Source of the DNA: Thermotogota bacterium
GTDB taxonomy: Bacteria > Thermotogota > Thermotogae > Petrotogales > Kosmotogaceae
Assembly: GCA_034660555.1 (NCBI GenBank)
Contig: JAYEJL010000151.1
Location: 1-38,426 of the forward strand
Direction: 5' to 3'
Length of the DNA stretch: 38,426 nt
Shown here: positions 9,478 through 19,223 of the stretch, piece after piece
Position numbering within the stretch: position 1 is the stretch's first letter
Layout: each line of letters begins with the position of its first letter
The notes under the pieces: model-generated
Databases searched by the model: none
What the model saw: only the letters and a program-made list of their open reading frames with translations
Told to the model about the DNA's origin: nothing
Translations under genes and position numbers: made by a program

Positions 9478-10470
9478 TTGGAAGAAATTGTGGAGGTTAT
9501 TAAAAACAATATCTCATCATCAAAATTTTATTCGTTTTATAAAAAAAGAAAAGAAAGAGTAAAGAGAATAAATGGACTGCTTCATCAATCAAGTGATACA
9601 AAACTCCGAAACTTTATGATTCATTCTGGAGAATATCCTTCGCTTTCTTCTATGGATAGTATGAATATATCCTTTATCATAGATATAATGAAGGATAAGC
9701 GAGGAGAACCAGATACAGTACAATACGTTGCAAAGCTGGTAAACGCTCCTATACAGGAAATTGGACGTATAGCTTATTTTATGTTTCCACACAACAATCC
9801 TCCAGTTGCAGGTCTTATAAAGGAAAGAATAAAAAACTACGACGATTACTTAAGTTGGTTAAAACTCGCAAAAAATCTTGTACCTGGCATCATCAACGAT
9901 TACATTATGCTTGAAAGTGCGCTTTTATACAGAAATGAACTCATAACCAATAACAAACAACTTAACTATAAAGAATTTGAAAATATAAATCACAGGCACA
10001 TTACAGATATCGAACGACTAAAAAATCTGTTGAAAAAGTTAAATAAGGAAGAACGCAAGAAGATTGTGAACAGCATCAGTAATAGCTATGTTAAAAATGT
10101 CATAAAAAGCAAAAGAACCTATGAGGTTATAATAGATGGTAGCAATATCATTTATTCAGGAGAAGATTTTCCCGATATAACAAAGATTGATATGCTTTTC
10201 ACGAACACACTTTCAAAGATAAAAACCACTTTCTTTCCCTACAGAATAATATTCGATGCAAACATTAGGTATCTAGTAAAGGGCTTTCAGCAGGAAGAGC
10301 TTGAAAAATGGCTGGCTTTACCACAAACGGAGTTATATTCACCTGCAGATGAAAGAATACTGCAGCTGGCGGATGAAAAAAACGCCAGTGTTATAAGTTA
10401 CGATAGATTTCTCGAGTATGATACATCTGGTATAAAAACTTATAGACCGGAGGATTTATATGAGGGTTAA
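9478..10470 (+). CDS. Hypothetical protein with C-terminal NYN/PIN-like (Zc3h12a-type) ribonuclease domain
   Basis: C-terminal IIDGSNII...FDAN...ADERILQLA...VISYDRF; N-terminal ~210 aa unrecognised. Confidence 0.7.
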   Translation: MEEIVEVIKNNISSSKFYSFYKKRKERVKRINGLLHQSSDTKLRNFMIHSGEYPSLSSMDSMNISFIIDIMKDKRGEPDTVQYVAKLVNAPIQEIGRIAYFMFPHNNPPVAGLIKERIKNYDDYLSWLKLAKNLVPGIINDYIMLESALLYRNELITNNKQLNYKEFENINHRHITDIERLKNLLKKLNKEERKKIVNSISNSYVKNVIKSKRTYEVIIDGSNIIYSGEDFPDITKIDMLFTNTLSKIKTTFFPYRIIFDANIRYLVKGFQQEELEKWLALPQTELYSPADERILQLADEKNASVISYDRFLEYDTSGIKTYRPEDLYEG

Positions 10471-11473
10471 TGTATTTGATTATGAACTACCTGAGGACCT
10501 GATATCACAGAAACCCATTATTCCAAGAGACAGCTGCAGACTAATGATAATTGATAAAAATAAGAAATTTTTCACTCATGATGTATTCTGGAATATTGAA
10601 AATTATCTTGATCCCACTGATTTAGTTGTTCTTAACGACAGCAGAGTTATACCTGCGAGGTTGCTTGGAAATAAATCAACCGGTGCCAGTGTTGAAGTTG
10701 TACTGCTAAAGAAAATGAACGACAAGGACTGGAAGGCTATAGTTAAACCCGGAAATAAAATCAAAACAGGTAGCACACTAGTGTTTTCTAACCTCACCTG
10801 TAAGGTAATGAAGCATTACAATGACGGAACAAGGTTACTCCATTTTCTAAATGATGACTCTGACGAAAAGATCTTTGAAACAGGTCGCCTGCCTATCCCC
10901 CCCTACATAAAGGAATACCCGAAACAACCAGAATATTATCAAACTGTGTATGCAAAAAAGAATGGTTCTATTGCTGCTCCTACGGCCGGTCTGCATTTTA
11001 CAGAAAGAGTTCTTACAGAACTCAAAAATAAAGGCCTTTCTATCGCATATCTGACATTGCATGTGGGCTTGGGTACTTTCAGACCTGTTAAAGCATCCAG
11101 AATAGAAGACCATAAAATGCACTCCGAGTATTACTGTATAGATGCGGACTGTGCACAACTGGTTAACAAAACACTCAGTAACAATGGAAGGGTTATCGCA
11201 GTAGGTACTACTGTTGTTAGAGCGCTTGAAAGTAATTACATAAAACATGGCAAGCTTATTCCCGGTTGTGATGAAACAGATATATTTATCTATCCTCCAT
11301 TTAAATTTAACGTTATTTCGGGTATGGTGACGAATTTCCATCTTCCAAAATCAACATTGCTAATGCTTGTATCAGCTTTTGCAGGTAAAGAAACAACAAT
11401 GAAGGTTTACAAAGAGGCAATTTATATGCGCTATAAATTTTTCTCCTTTGGAGATTCCTGTTTATTTGTTTAA
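10460..11473 (+). CDS. queA: S-adenosylmethionine:tRNA ribosyltransferase-isomerase
   Basis: FDYELPEDLI, NDSRVIPARL, PPYI, YQTVYA, AAPTAGLHFT, VGTTVVRALE, TNFHLPKSTL, FSFGD. Confidence 0.97.
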   Translation: MRVNVFDYELPEDLISQKPIIPRDSCRLMIIDKNKKFFTHDVFWNIENYLDPTDLVVLNDSRVIPARLLGNKSTGASVEVVLLKKMNDKDWKAIVKPGNKIKTGSTLVFSNLTCKVMKHYNDGTRLLHFLNDDSDEKIFETGRLPIPPYIKEYPKQPEYYQTVYAKKNGSIAAPTAGLHFTERVLTELKNKGLSIAYLTLHVGLGTFRPVKASRIEDHKMHSEYYCIDADCAQLVNKTLSNNGRVIAVGTTVVRALESNYIKHGKLIPGCDETDIFIYPPFKFNVISGMVTNFHLPKSTLLMLVSAFAGKETTMKVYKEAIYMRYKFFSFGDSCLFV

Positions 11474-11477
11474 ATTG

Positions 11478-12932
11478 TTAGGTTAATTCTTTTCCGTCAA
11501 GCCAGGGTGATATAAAGTGTTCCCAGAAATGCTTGAATGCAATTGCAATGGGAACAGCAATAAAAACACCAACTACGCCCAGAATCTGTCCGAAAATTAT
11601 AATCATGAATATAATCGCAACCGAGTTAATCCTACCGTATCCTTTCATCAACTTAAGGAAGAAAACAAAAGCAATGGAGTGAACAGCTATAAGTACCAGT
11701 GCTAGTACGATTAATATCCCTAAATTCTGTACTGAAGCAGCAAGTAAGAATAAAGGAATTACTTCTAGTGCAACCCCTACAATGGGAATCAGGTTGGTTA
11801 TAGCTGCCCAAAAACCCATTAATATACTGTAATCTAATGAAAGCAGTTTAACCACAATTCCAACCAAAAAACCTACCATTAATGATATTACCAGAATGGT
11901 GTTAACATATCTTTGCAAACTTCTGTAAGTGTCCTTCATGAAATCACTTGCTACACTTCTTGAATGGTTGGGATAGAGTTTAACTGAATAACGTTTCATT
12001 AAAGGGAAATAATAGCTCAGATAAACAGTACCCAAAATTACGAAAAATATCACCGTAAAGGCCGAAGATATCATCGATGGTATCTTTTGAAAGATCAAAG
12101 AAATGTATTCTCTAAATTGTGCTTGCAGAGAAATAAGCAGATTTCTGGTATTGTTAATGATTTCTTCCTTTCTTTCCGGGGAAATCACTTTTGGCATAAG
12201 GGCTTCAGTAAATTTTCTCCAATTCTCTTTCGATTCAACTCTGACAGCTTTATTTAATAGTTCTTTTTCTAAGTAATCAGCAGTCTCCACGGGTAAATAT
12301 GACTGTAAGATATTTTCTAGGTAAGTCTCCTCTATCTGTTCCTGCTTTTGATCGCCACCAATTATCACAACATACGTGTTCTCCGGGAGGTTCAGATTTT
12401 CTTCAAGCTCCCGCTTTAAGTTAACCTCCGTTTTTATTTCGCTCTCTTCATAAACGCTTTTATAATAATCTTTGATTTTTTGCTTCATTTCATCAAACTG
12501 TTCCGAAGAAAAACCTGCCTTTTCAAGACGATCAATTGTATCTTTAGAACTAAATATCTCATCTATATTTTCTTCGACCGTATTGTAATCAAGTACAGAA
12601 ACAGAAGAACCATCATCCGCAGGAAAAAAATCATATACTAACGTGTAAAAATTCGTAGCCTGACGTACTACAAGAGGAACAAGATAGAATGAAAGGACTG
12701 CAAGTCCAAGAAAAAGAGCAACTACACCTATGAATATTGCAAGTGGCCTGTTAAATCCCAGTTTTTTACCGCTGAAGTGAATCCATGGTTCAAGTACCAG
12801 CACTATTGCCAGTGTAAAAAGTATTATCGCAGATATCGTCGAAGACAATGACAGAAGCAGGAATCCAATCAAAGCATATATTACACTAAATAATAATGCG
12901 CAGGAACGTCTATTCTTGAAGGGATTTTTCAC
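11478..12932 (-). CDS. AI-2E (PerM/TqsA) family membrane protein with enlarged soluble region
   Basis: Three N-terminal hydrophobic segments, TNLIPIVG, and FGQILGVVGVFIAVPIA motifs. GTG 12932 follows SD GAGGTG (alternative ATG 12962). Confidence 0.8.
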   Translation of the reverse strand: MKNPFKNRRSCALLFSVIYALIGFLLLSLSSTISAIILFTLAIVLVLEPWIHFSGKKLGFNRPLAIFIGVVALFLGLAVLSFYLVPLVVRQATNFYTLVYDFFPADDGSSVSVLDYNTVEENIDEIFSSKDTIDRLEKAGFSSEQFDEMKQKIKDYYKSVYEESEIKTEVNLKRELEENLNLPENTYVVIIGGDQKQEQIEETYLENILQSYLPVETADYLEKELLNKAVRVESKENWRKFTEALMPKVISPERKEEIINNTRNLLISLQAQFREYISLIFQKIPSMISSAFTVIFFVILGTVYLSYYFPLMKRYSVKLYPNHSRSVASDFMKDTYRSLQRYVNTILVISLMVGFLVGIVVKLLSLDYSILMGFWAAITNLIPIVGVALEVIPLFLLAASVQNLGILIVLALVLIAVHSIAFVFFLKLMKGYGRINSVAIIFMIIIFGQILGVVGVFIAVPIAIAFKHFWEHFISPWLDGKELT

Positions 12933-13926
12933 CGAAAATTTCACCTCTTTTAAGATGATCAAACATAGTTTTTATTAAACTTCGATCTTTTGTAATTCCA
13001 AGTATCATCATGAGTTCAATGCGCGCTTTCTGTGAAGAAAGTCCCTGAGCAAGGATTACTCCCATCTTTTCCAGATCAGCGCCTCCACCTTCGTAACCAT
13101 AGATTCCAAGCACTCTTCCTTTAAAGCAGCGGGATGTTAGCACAACGGGGATATCATTCTTATTTATAAGGATATTTACTGCCTTTGCTACACCTGGTGG
13201 AACATTGCCCCTCCCGAAGGCCTCCAGAACCAAACCTTTGTATCCAATTTGTGGAATTTCAAGAAGCATTTTTCCATTGTCACCAACAAAGGTTTTATAT
13301 AAAGCTATCTTTTCTTCGATTCTTTTACATTCATACGTTTTTCTCAGAAGTGGTTTCCTGAAGAAAATTACCTTATCTTCATCTACAATTCCCAGAGGAC
13401 CATAGCCAGGAGAATCAAAGGTAGAAACGTTACTCGTATATGTTTTTGTAACTTCCCTGGCTGCATGGATCTCATCGTTTAAACACACCAGCGTGCCAAT
13501 ACCTATAGCCTGTTCACTATTGGCAACCCTAACAGATGACAGCACATTTCTGGGACCATCAGTACCTGTCTCATAGATGTTCCTCATTGCAGCTGTACAT
13601 ACAACAGGTTTCTGACTGTTAATTGTTAGATCAAGGAAGTAGGCAGTTTCTTCCAATGTATCAGTACCATGGGTAACTACTACACCTTTGATATCTTCGT
13701 TTTTTACGATTTCATTTATGAGTTCTGACAGTTTCCACATATCGGAAACTCCTATATGAGGGCTGGGAAGGTTACTGAATTCGTAGTGTACTATCTTAGA
13801 TATATCACCAAGTTCTCTGATATTTGCTATACTCCGATTAATTCTTTCTGCAGGAAGCGATTTACCTGTTTTTGAATCTTTTATCATGGCAATTGTTCCA
13901 CCAGTTGTTACTATCGCAGTTTTCAA
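12910..13926 (-). CDS. ansA: Cytoplasmic L-asparaginase/glutaminase
   Basis: TTGGTIAM, HGTDTLEETA, TKTYTS, FGRGN; no signal peptide; TTG start after GGAGG. Confidence 0.9.
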   Translation of the reverse strand: MKTAIVTTGGTIAMIKDSKTGKSLPAERINRSIANIRELGDISKIVHYEFSNLPSPHIGVSDMWKLSELINEIVKNEDIKGVVVTHGTDTLEETAYFLDLTINSQKPVVCTAAMRNIYETGTDGPRNVLSSVRVANSEQAIGIGTLVCLNDEIHAAREVTKTYTSNVSTFDSPGYGPLGIVDEDKVIFFRKPLLRKTYECKRIEEKIALYKTFVGDNGKMLLEIPQIGYKGLVLEAFGRGNVPPGVAKAVNILINKNDIPVVLTSRCFKGRVLGIYGYEGGGADLEKMGVILAQGLSSQKARIELMMILGITKDRSLIKTMFDHLKRGEIFGEKSLQE

Positions 13927-13942
13927 AATAACCTCCTTGCAA

Positions 13943-15568
13943 CTAAATCTTTATTCCAATCTCCTCTAAAAATCTTGTTTCTTCTTTACCAATAACATTA
14001 CTCACTTCACTCCATTGAAAAAAAGGCCTCTTCAATACAATTTTTTCTGCCCTTGCTTTTCCTATACCTGGAATGTAGCTCAATTCACGCTGAGACAACT
14101 TATTTAAAGAACTTCCGTATGGTAATGCTGTTACCGATCGTTTACCATTACCAACTACTATCATATCAGTTGGATGGCTAAATTTCGAAGGTGAACCTAC
14201 AAGAATTGGATAACTTCCAAGTTGTCTTCCAAAGGTTATCATTCCTCGTTTGTATTCTGGAATTACCCTACGTAAAAGTGAACCACATGGGAAAACTCTC
14301 TTTACCATTACTGAATCAAACTCATTTCTTATTCTCTTTTTATAATATCTGTACCATTTATGTTTGATTTTTGGCACAGTCATTTTATAAAGTGGGGTTT
14401 TAGGGAAAATCATAGGCTGTCTAATATTGACTCTTCTCACTAGTTGGTTTTTGTATCTCAAATCAAGCAGATTTTTAATATCTATATCAGCAGTTTTCTC
14501 AGTTGTGCCTGGTAATCCAAATATCATATTTATTCCTGGCAACAGTTTCGGTATACCATCTACTCTTTCAGCACCCACTTCATTTATTAATCTAATGGCA
14601 AATTTTATATCATCTATACTTCCGCCGAGATTATTTATATCACGCACGCGCTTGTCAAAACTCTCAACACCTAAAGATAAACTGTTCCCAGTAGTACAAT
14701 ACTGTTTTATAATAGATAATAGCTGTTCAGCTTTTTTTCTGTGATTCGCTATAAAAAGGGGATTGGCATTGTCTACATGAAACACCTTAGGATCCAGGAT
14801 TTCACTAGTGGCACTGAATATTTTTCGAACCGATTCAACATTTGGTTGATAATTATTAAAGTCAAAACCATAAGCTAAAACATTTGAGCTCCTCCCGAAT
14901 CTGATAGCCTTTACACCCGCTTTTTTTAATGCGTAAAGTTCACTAATTATTCCTTCTTCATCTCTACTAACAAAGCTTCCATACATTAGAGGTTCTGTAC
15001 AAAAAGAACAGTGACCATTTTTACGTTCACATCCTCTAGATATATCAAATTCAACAATTACCTCTGGATAATTTGGGTGTTGCATCGTTATTGACGCACC
15101 CATCCTATAAAACTCATTTGCATTCTCATAAAAAGTTTCAGCAGTATTTGTACCAAGTAGTTTCGCTATCTCAATCTCGTTAGCGAAAACAAAATTTGCT
15201 CCATCTAATTGAGCTTTAATGGCTTCCCTTCCTCCTTTCAATGAATAACCAAGAGAAATGGGGCCAGATACGATAACAGTTACCTTTTTGTTTTTGTCAA
15301 TTATCCTTTTATATTCATTCATTGTTGCTGGTGTACCACCAATATAATGACCTGGCGTGGTAAGTCCGCCATATATCAACAAATAATCATAATCATTAAA
15401 GCTTTCCCATAAATTGTCTTCTCTCACTTCATCTATAGTAAAATAATCAACATTAATACCCCTTGACAAAAAAATACCAGCTATAAGCCTTATCTTTGGA
15501 GAAATGTAAGGTGGAACTCCAAAAGATGCTGGTTCATCAGTATAGCAATCAATAAGAGCAGCTTTCAT
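13943..15568 (-). CDS. Radical SAM protein with C-terminal helix-hairpin-helix (COG1031-like)
   Basis: IDCYTDEPASFGVPPYISP, CERKNGHCSFC, GVESFD, LPGINMIFGLPG, RRVNIRQ, IPGIGKARA. ATG 15568 after GGAGG. Confidence 0.85.
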   Translation of the reverse strand: MKAALIDCYTDEPASFGVPPYISPKIRLIAGIFLSRGINVDYFTIDEVREDNLWESFNDYDYLLIYGGLTTPGHYIGGTPATMNEYKRIIDKNKKVTVIVSGPISLGYSLKGGREAIKAQLDGANFVFANEIEIAKLLGTNTAETFYENANEFYRMGASITMQHPNYPEVIVEFDISRGCERKNGHCSFCTEPLMYGSFVSRDEEGIISELYALKKAGVKAIRFGRSSNVLAYGFDFNNYQPNVESVRKIFSATSEILDPKVFHVDNANPLFIANHRKKAEQLLSIIKQYCTTGNSLSLGVESFDKRVRDINNLGGSIDDIKFAIRLINEVGAERVDGIPKLLPGINMIFGLPGTTEKTADIDIKNLLDLRYKNQLVRRVNIRQPMIFPKTPLYKMTVPKIKHKWYRYYKKRIRNEFDSVMVKRVFPCGSLLRRVIPEYKRGMITFGRQLGSYPILVGSPSKFSHPTDMIVVGNGKRSVTALPYGSSLNKLSQRELSYIPGIGKARAEKIVLKRPFFQWSEVSNVIGKEETRFLEEIGIKI

Positions 15569-15670
15569 AGTAATCCTCCATCCAAAAAATTTTTTTACAT
15601 CATCAATTATAATGTATATTACATTTATTTCAGTACATATAAATATTTCATATGTACGTAAAAATCGTTG

Positions 15671-15699
15671 TTGAGACAACTTCATGTCAAGTGTATAAT
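15671..15699 (+). promoter_or_regulatory. Sigma70-type promoter of clpX-tsaD
   Basis: TTGAGA-17 nt-TATAAT; SD GGAGG at 15718-15722. Confidence 0.7.
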
Positions 15700-15729
15700 T
15701 GAATAGAAATAAAATTTGGAGGGATTTTT

Positions 15730-16938
15730 TTGCCAGCAGAAAAACGTTGTTCATTTTGCGGAAGACCTTCTTCCCAGGTTAAAAAGTTAATATCCGGAGC
15801 AGAGGGATACATTTGCGATGAGTGTGTTGATCTTTTTCACAACATATTGAAACAAGAAAGCAAAACATATGGGGATAAAGACAGGAAGTTACCAACACCC
15901 GATAAAATATATGAAGAGCTCAATAAATTTGTTATCGGACAGGAACGCGCAAAGAAAACAATTTCCGTTGCCGTTTATAACCATTATAAAAGAGTATTTA
16001 ATGCTCCTGAAGATGTAGAGATTGAGAAATCAAACATTATGTTGATCGGTCCAACAGGTACCGGAAAAACACTAATTGCCACTACACTGGCTAGAATACT
16101 TTCTGTTCCTTTTGCAATAGCTGATGCTACGCCTTTGACAGAAGCAGGTTATGTAGGTGAAGATGTTGAAAATATTATTCTCAGATTGCTTCAATCCGCT
16201 AATTTTGATGTGGAAAGAGCACAGCATGGAATTATTTATATTGATGAGATCGATAAGATAAGCAGACGTTCACCCAATCCATCAATAACCCGTGATGTAT
16301 CTGGTGAAGGTGTACAACAGGCTTTACTAAAGATCGTTGAGGGAACGGTGACCAATGTTCCGCCAAAGGGTGGAAGAAAGCATCCATATCAGGATTTCAT
16401 TAAGATTGATACATCAAATATTTTATTCATCGTAGGCGGTGCATTCGACAATCTTGAAGATATAATAAAGCATCGTATCTCACATTCATCAATGGGTTTC
16501 GGTAAGTCCATCCAAAAGAAATCAGAGGAGAGATTGGGTGCCATTTTATCAAAAATCGTTCCGGATGACTTGATTCAGTACGGTTTAATACCTGAATTTG
16601 TTGGGCGTTTCCCGGTAGTTGCAACACTTAATGATCTTGGACTCGAGGACCTAAAAAGAATTATGCTTGAACCAAAGAACGCCATTGTTAATCAATACAA
16701 AAAATTACTTGAAATTGATGGAATAGAACTTGAATTCTCCGATGAAGCTCTTACTGCGATAGCAGAAAAAGCTATGAAACGCGGGACCGGTGCAAGAGCA
16801 TTAAAGAGCGTTCTGGAAAATGTGATGCTGGATATTATGTATGACATGCCTTCAAAGAAAAACGTAGAAAAAGTAATGGTAACCCCTGAAACAGTAGAAG
16901 AAGGTATTCCAAAAATTACTACAAGAAAATCTGCCTGA
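15730..16938 (+). CDS. clpX: ATP-dependent Clp protease ATP-binding subunit ClpX
   Basis: CSFCG...ICDECV zinc finger, [36 protein letters not shown]. Confidence 0.97.
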   Translation: MPAEKRCSFCGRPSSQVKKLISGAEGYICDECVDLFHNILKQESKTYGDKDRKLPTPDKIYEELNKFVIGQERAKKTISVAVYNHYKRVFNAPEDVEIEKSNIMLIGPTGTGKTLIATTLARILSVPFAIADATPLTEAGYVGEDVENIILRLLQSANFDVERAQHGIIYIDEIDKISRRSPNPSITRDVSGEGVQQALLKIVEGTVTNVPPKGGRKHPYQDFIKIDTSNILFIVGGAFDNLEDIIKHRISHSSMGFGKSIQKKSEERLGAILSKIVPDDLIQYGLIPEFVGRFPVVATLNDLGLEDLKRIMLEPKNAIVNQYKKLLEIDGIELEFSDEALTAIAEKAMKRGTGARALKSVLENVMLDIMYDMPSKKNVEKVMVTPETVEEGIPKITTRKSA

Positions 16939-17921
16939 TGATTGTACTTGCTGTTGAAAGCTCCTGCGACGAAACCTCGGTAGCTGTGATAAAAGACGGA
17001 AAGCTGTTATCAAATAAGACCGCTACTCAGATAGATATTCATGAAAAATATGGTGGTGTGGTCCCTGAGATAGCTGCAAGGAAACATCTTGAGTACATTA
17101 TTCCAGTTTTTGAAAAGGCAGTTGAAGAGTCTCGTATAGATGTTCATGAAATCGATGCTTTTGCAGCTACTTATGGTCCAGGGTTGGTGGGTTCTTTACT
17201 TGTAGGATTGTCTTTCGTAAAAGGGCTTTCAATATCGCTAAATAAGCCTTTCATAGCTGTTAACCACTTGTTAGGGCATCTTTACGCAAATTTCATTACT
17301 TTTCCAGACCTCAAAACCCCTTTTATTGTTCTTCTAGTTTCTGGTGGTCATACAGAACTATTTTTGATGCAAAGCATCGACGTAATAAAGAAGATTGGAC
17401 ATACAAGGGACGATGCTGCAGGTGAAGCTTTCGATAAAATAGCAAGGATGCTGGATCTTGGTTATCCCGGCGGACCGGCTATAGAAAGAGCTGCAGAAAA
17501 TGGTAGTGATATACATGAATTTCCCAGGTCTCTTAGAAAAAAGAATAACATTGATTTTAGTTTCAGTGGTCTAAAGACATCTGTTTTATATTTTCTGAAA
17601 AGAAACAATAGCTTCAAAAAAGAAGATATTGCTGCCTCTGTCCAATCGGCAATTGTTGATAGTCTTGTAGAAAAAACTTTTCTGGCTGCAGAAAAGTTCG
17701 AAGTAGAAAGAATTGTTTTCGCTGGTGGTGTTGCAGCAAATAAGCATCTTAGAAATCAGGCGCAAATTATTGCGAATAAAAGGAAAAAGAGAGTTTATTT
17801 CCCACCAATTGAACTTTGTACAGATAATGCGGGTATGATTGCTTATGCAGCATATAAAAAAATAAAAAGGGGAAGTTACTCCCCTTTAGATATAAATGCT
17901 GTTCCTTCTCTTACTCTTTAG
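16938..17921 (+). CDS. tsaD: tRNA N6-adenosine threonylcarbamoyltransferase
   Basis: ESSCDET, GGVVPEIAARKH, NHLLGH, VSGGHT, DDAAGEAFDK, FSFSGLKT, TDNAGMI. Confidence 0.97.
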   Translation: MIVLAVESSCDETSVAVIKDGKLLSNKTATQIDIHEKYGGVVPEIAARKHLEYIIPVFEKAVEESRIDVHEIDAFAATYGPGLVGSLLVGLSFVKGLSISLNKPFIAVNHLLGHLYANFITFPDLKTPFIVLLVSGGHTELFLMQSIDVIKKIGHTRDDAAGEAFDKIARMLDLGYPGGPAIERAAENGSDIHEFPRSLRKKNNIDFSFSGLKTSVLYFLKRNNSFKKEDIAASVQSAIVDSLVEKTFLAAEKFEVERIVFAGGVAANKHLRNQAQIIANKRKKRVYFPPIELCTDNAGMIAYAAYKKIKRGSYSPLDINAVPSLTL

Positions 17922-18144
17922 CCTTTGTTTTCTTTTTTAAAGAATTACCATTAGATTTAGCACTAGCTTTTTTAGAATCTGTTGAATAAAACCCATCAGT
18001 TTTAAACAGGACGCCAACATTAGAAATCATACGTTCCATCGGTTCTCCACAATCGGGGCATCTCTGCACTCCCTCATTAGACATTTTTAGTAAAAGTTGA
18101 TGCTTTTTTTTACACATTTTGCAGTAATAATTATACAAAGGCAT
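17911..18144 (-). CDS. FmdB-family zinc-ribbon protein
   Basis: MPLYNYYCKMC...CPDCG...FKTDGFYSTD. Start set at ATG 18144. Confidence 0.85.
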   Translation of the reverse strand: MPLYNYYCKMCKKKHQLLLKMSNEGVQRCPDCGEPMERMISNVGVLFKTDGFYSTDSKKASAKSNGNSLKKKTKAKE

Positions 18145-18168
18145 ATATTTCGCTCCCTTCAATCTATT

Positions 18169-18531
18169 TTATTCTTCATCAGCTGTCGAAGGAATAACAC
18201 ATATGAAATGTAATTCATCTTCTCCAGTATTTTTAAATTGATGTTTCACGTTTGGAGGAACAAAAACATAATTGTTATCAGATATTTCTTGCTCTCTATC
18301 TTCAGTAACAACTTCACCTTTTCCTTTAATTATATAAACCTCATGTTCCCAGTTGTGACTGTGATAAGGGCTGTGTCCACCTGGTGAAACAACAAATAAC
18401 CTCATAAAAAAATTTGGAGCTTTCTGATTGCTACCTATAAGTATTCTCTTCTTCACATCTTTTATTTCTTCATTATTAAATACACTGGGTTCTATTGATA
18501 AAGCATCCCCAACAATAACCCTCTCTTTCAT
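18169..18531 (-). CDS. Cupin domain protein
   Basis: HSPYHSHNWEHE...G.G...VPPNVKHQFKNTG metal-binding cupin motifs. Confidence 0.9.
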   Translation of the reverse strand: MKERVIVGDALSIEPSVFNNEEIKDVKKRILIGSNQKAPNFFMRLFVVSPGGHSPYHSHNWEHEVYIIKGKGEVVTEDREQEISDNNYVFVPPNVKHQFKNTGEDELHFICVIPSTADEE

Positions 18532-18537
18532 TATCCC

Positions 18538-19191
18538 TCATTCCTTTCTATTTCTTGATTTCACGTTTTTTGAAACATACTCAACGATTACTTTTCTGTA
18601 GGGTTCAAGACCTTTAGAATAACTCCTCAAATGACTATATTCAGAAACTATTTCATGAACCTTCCTTCTTTCAAAGGCAAACATAGGTTCCATGACTATA
18701 CGTTTCTTCTTTTTTAGAGCAATTCTTGCCATCTTGTGCGCAATATCTTCTATGGATTCTTTTCTGTTATCTTTGTAGTTCCCCACGTCCACAAAAACAT
18801 TTACTTTTATATTTGACAATCTGTTGGCGTAGATATTCATAATGTGTTGTAAAGCACTGATGGTTTTACCGTGTTTGCCTATTAGTCTGGAAATCTCATC
18901 TCCCTGAATATTTATTCTGAAGGTCTTACCCTCATAGTTAACATCGTAATAGACTTCTTTATCAAAGGCATCAAGGATTTCTTTTAAATAATCTCTAACC
19001 TTTCGTTCATAATAAACGGGCTTAGGTTTTACTGTGACCCTTGCTTCTTTAACTCCGAACAGCCCTAAAAAACCCTTCGATCCCTTTTCGATTACCTCCA
19101 CATCTATTTCGTTGTTATATGCGTCCAATCTAATCTGTGCAAGTCTTATCGCTTCTTCAATAGTGGGAGCACTTACCTCAACACTCTTCAT
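18538..19191 (-). CDS. jag: Jag/KhpB (EloR) RNA-binding protein
   Basis: Jag_N KGSKGFLGLFG, KH LIGKHGKT, R3H ERRKVH; follows yidC. Confidence 0.94.
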   Translation of the reverse strand: MKSVEVSAPTIEEAIRLAQIRLDAYNNEIDVEVIEKGSKGFLGLFGVKEARVTVKPKPVYYERKVRDYLKEILDAFDKEVYYDVNYEGKTFRINIQGDEISRLIGKHGKTISALQHIMNIYANRLSNIKVNVFVDVGNYKDNRKESIEDIAHKMARIALKKKKRIVMEPMFAFERRKVHEIVSEYSHLRSYSKGLEPYRKVIVEYVSKNVKSRNRKE

Positions 19192-19223
19192 CTAGAGCTG
19201 CACCTCCTGTATAACTATCAAAA

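Noticed and set aside
15569..15754. N-terminal extensions in the ORF track (radical SAM; likewise rpmE, murB, lepA, nfo and the HEAT protein)
   Set aside because: They run across promoters, terminators or neighbouring genes. Downstream starts match family N-termini and mostly have clear SD sequences.
16480..16510. ClpX with MGF instead of IGF loop and no adjacent clpP
   Set aside because: This is a conservative variant of the ClpP-docking tripeptide, and an unlinked clpP is not unusual.
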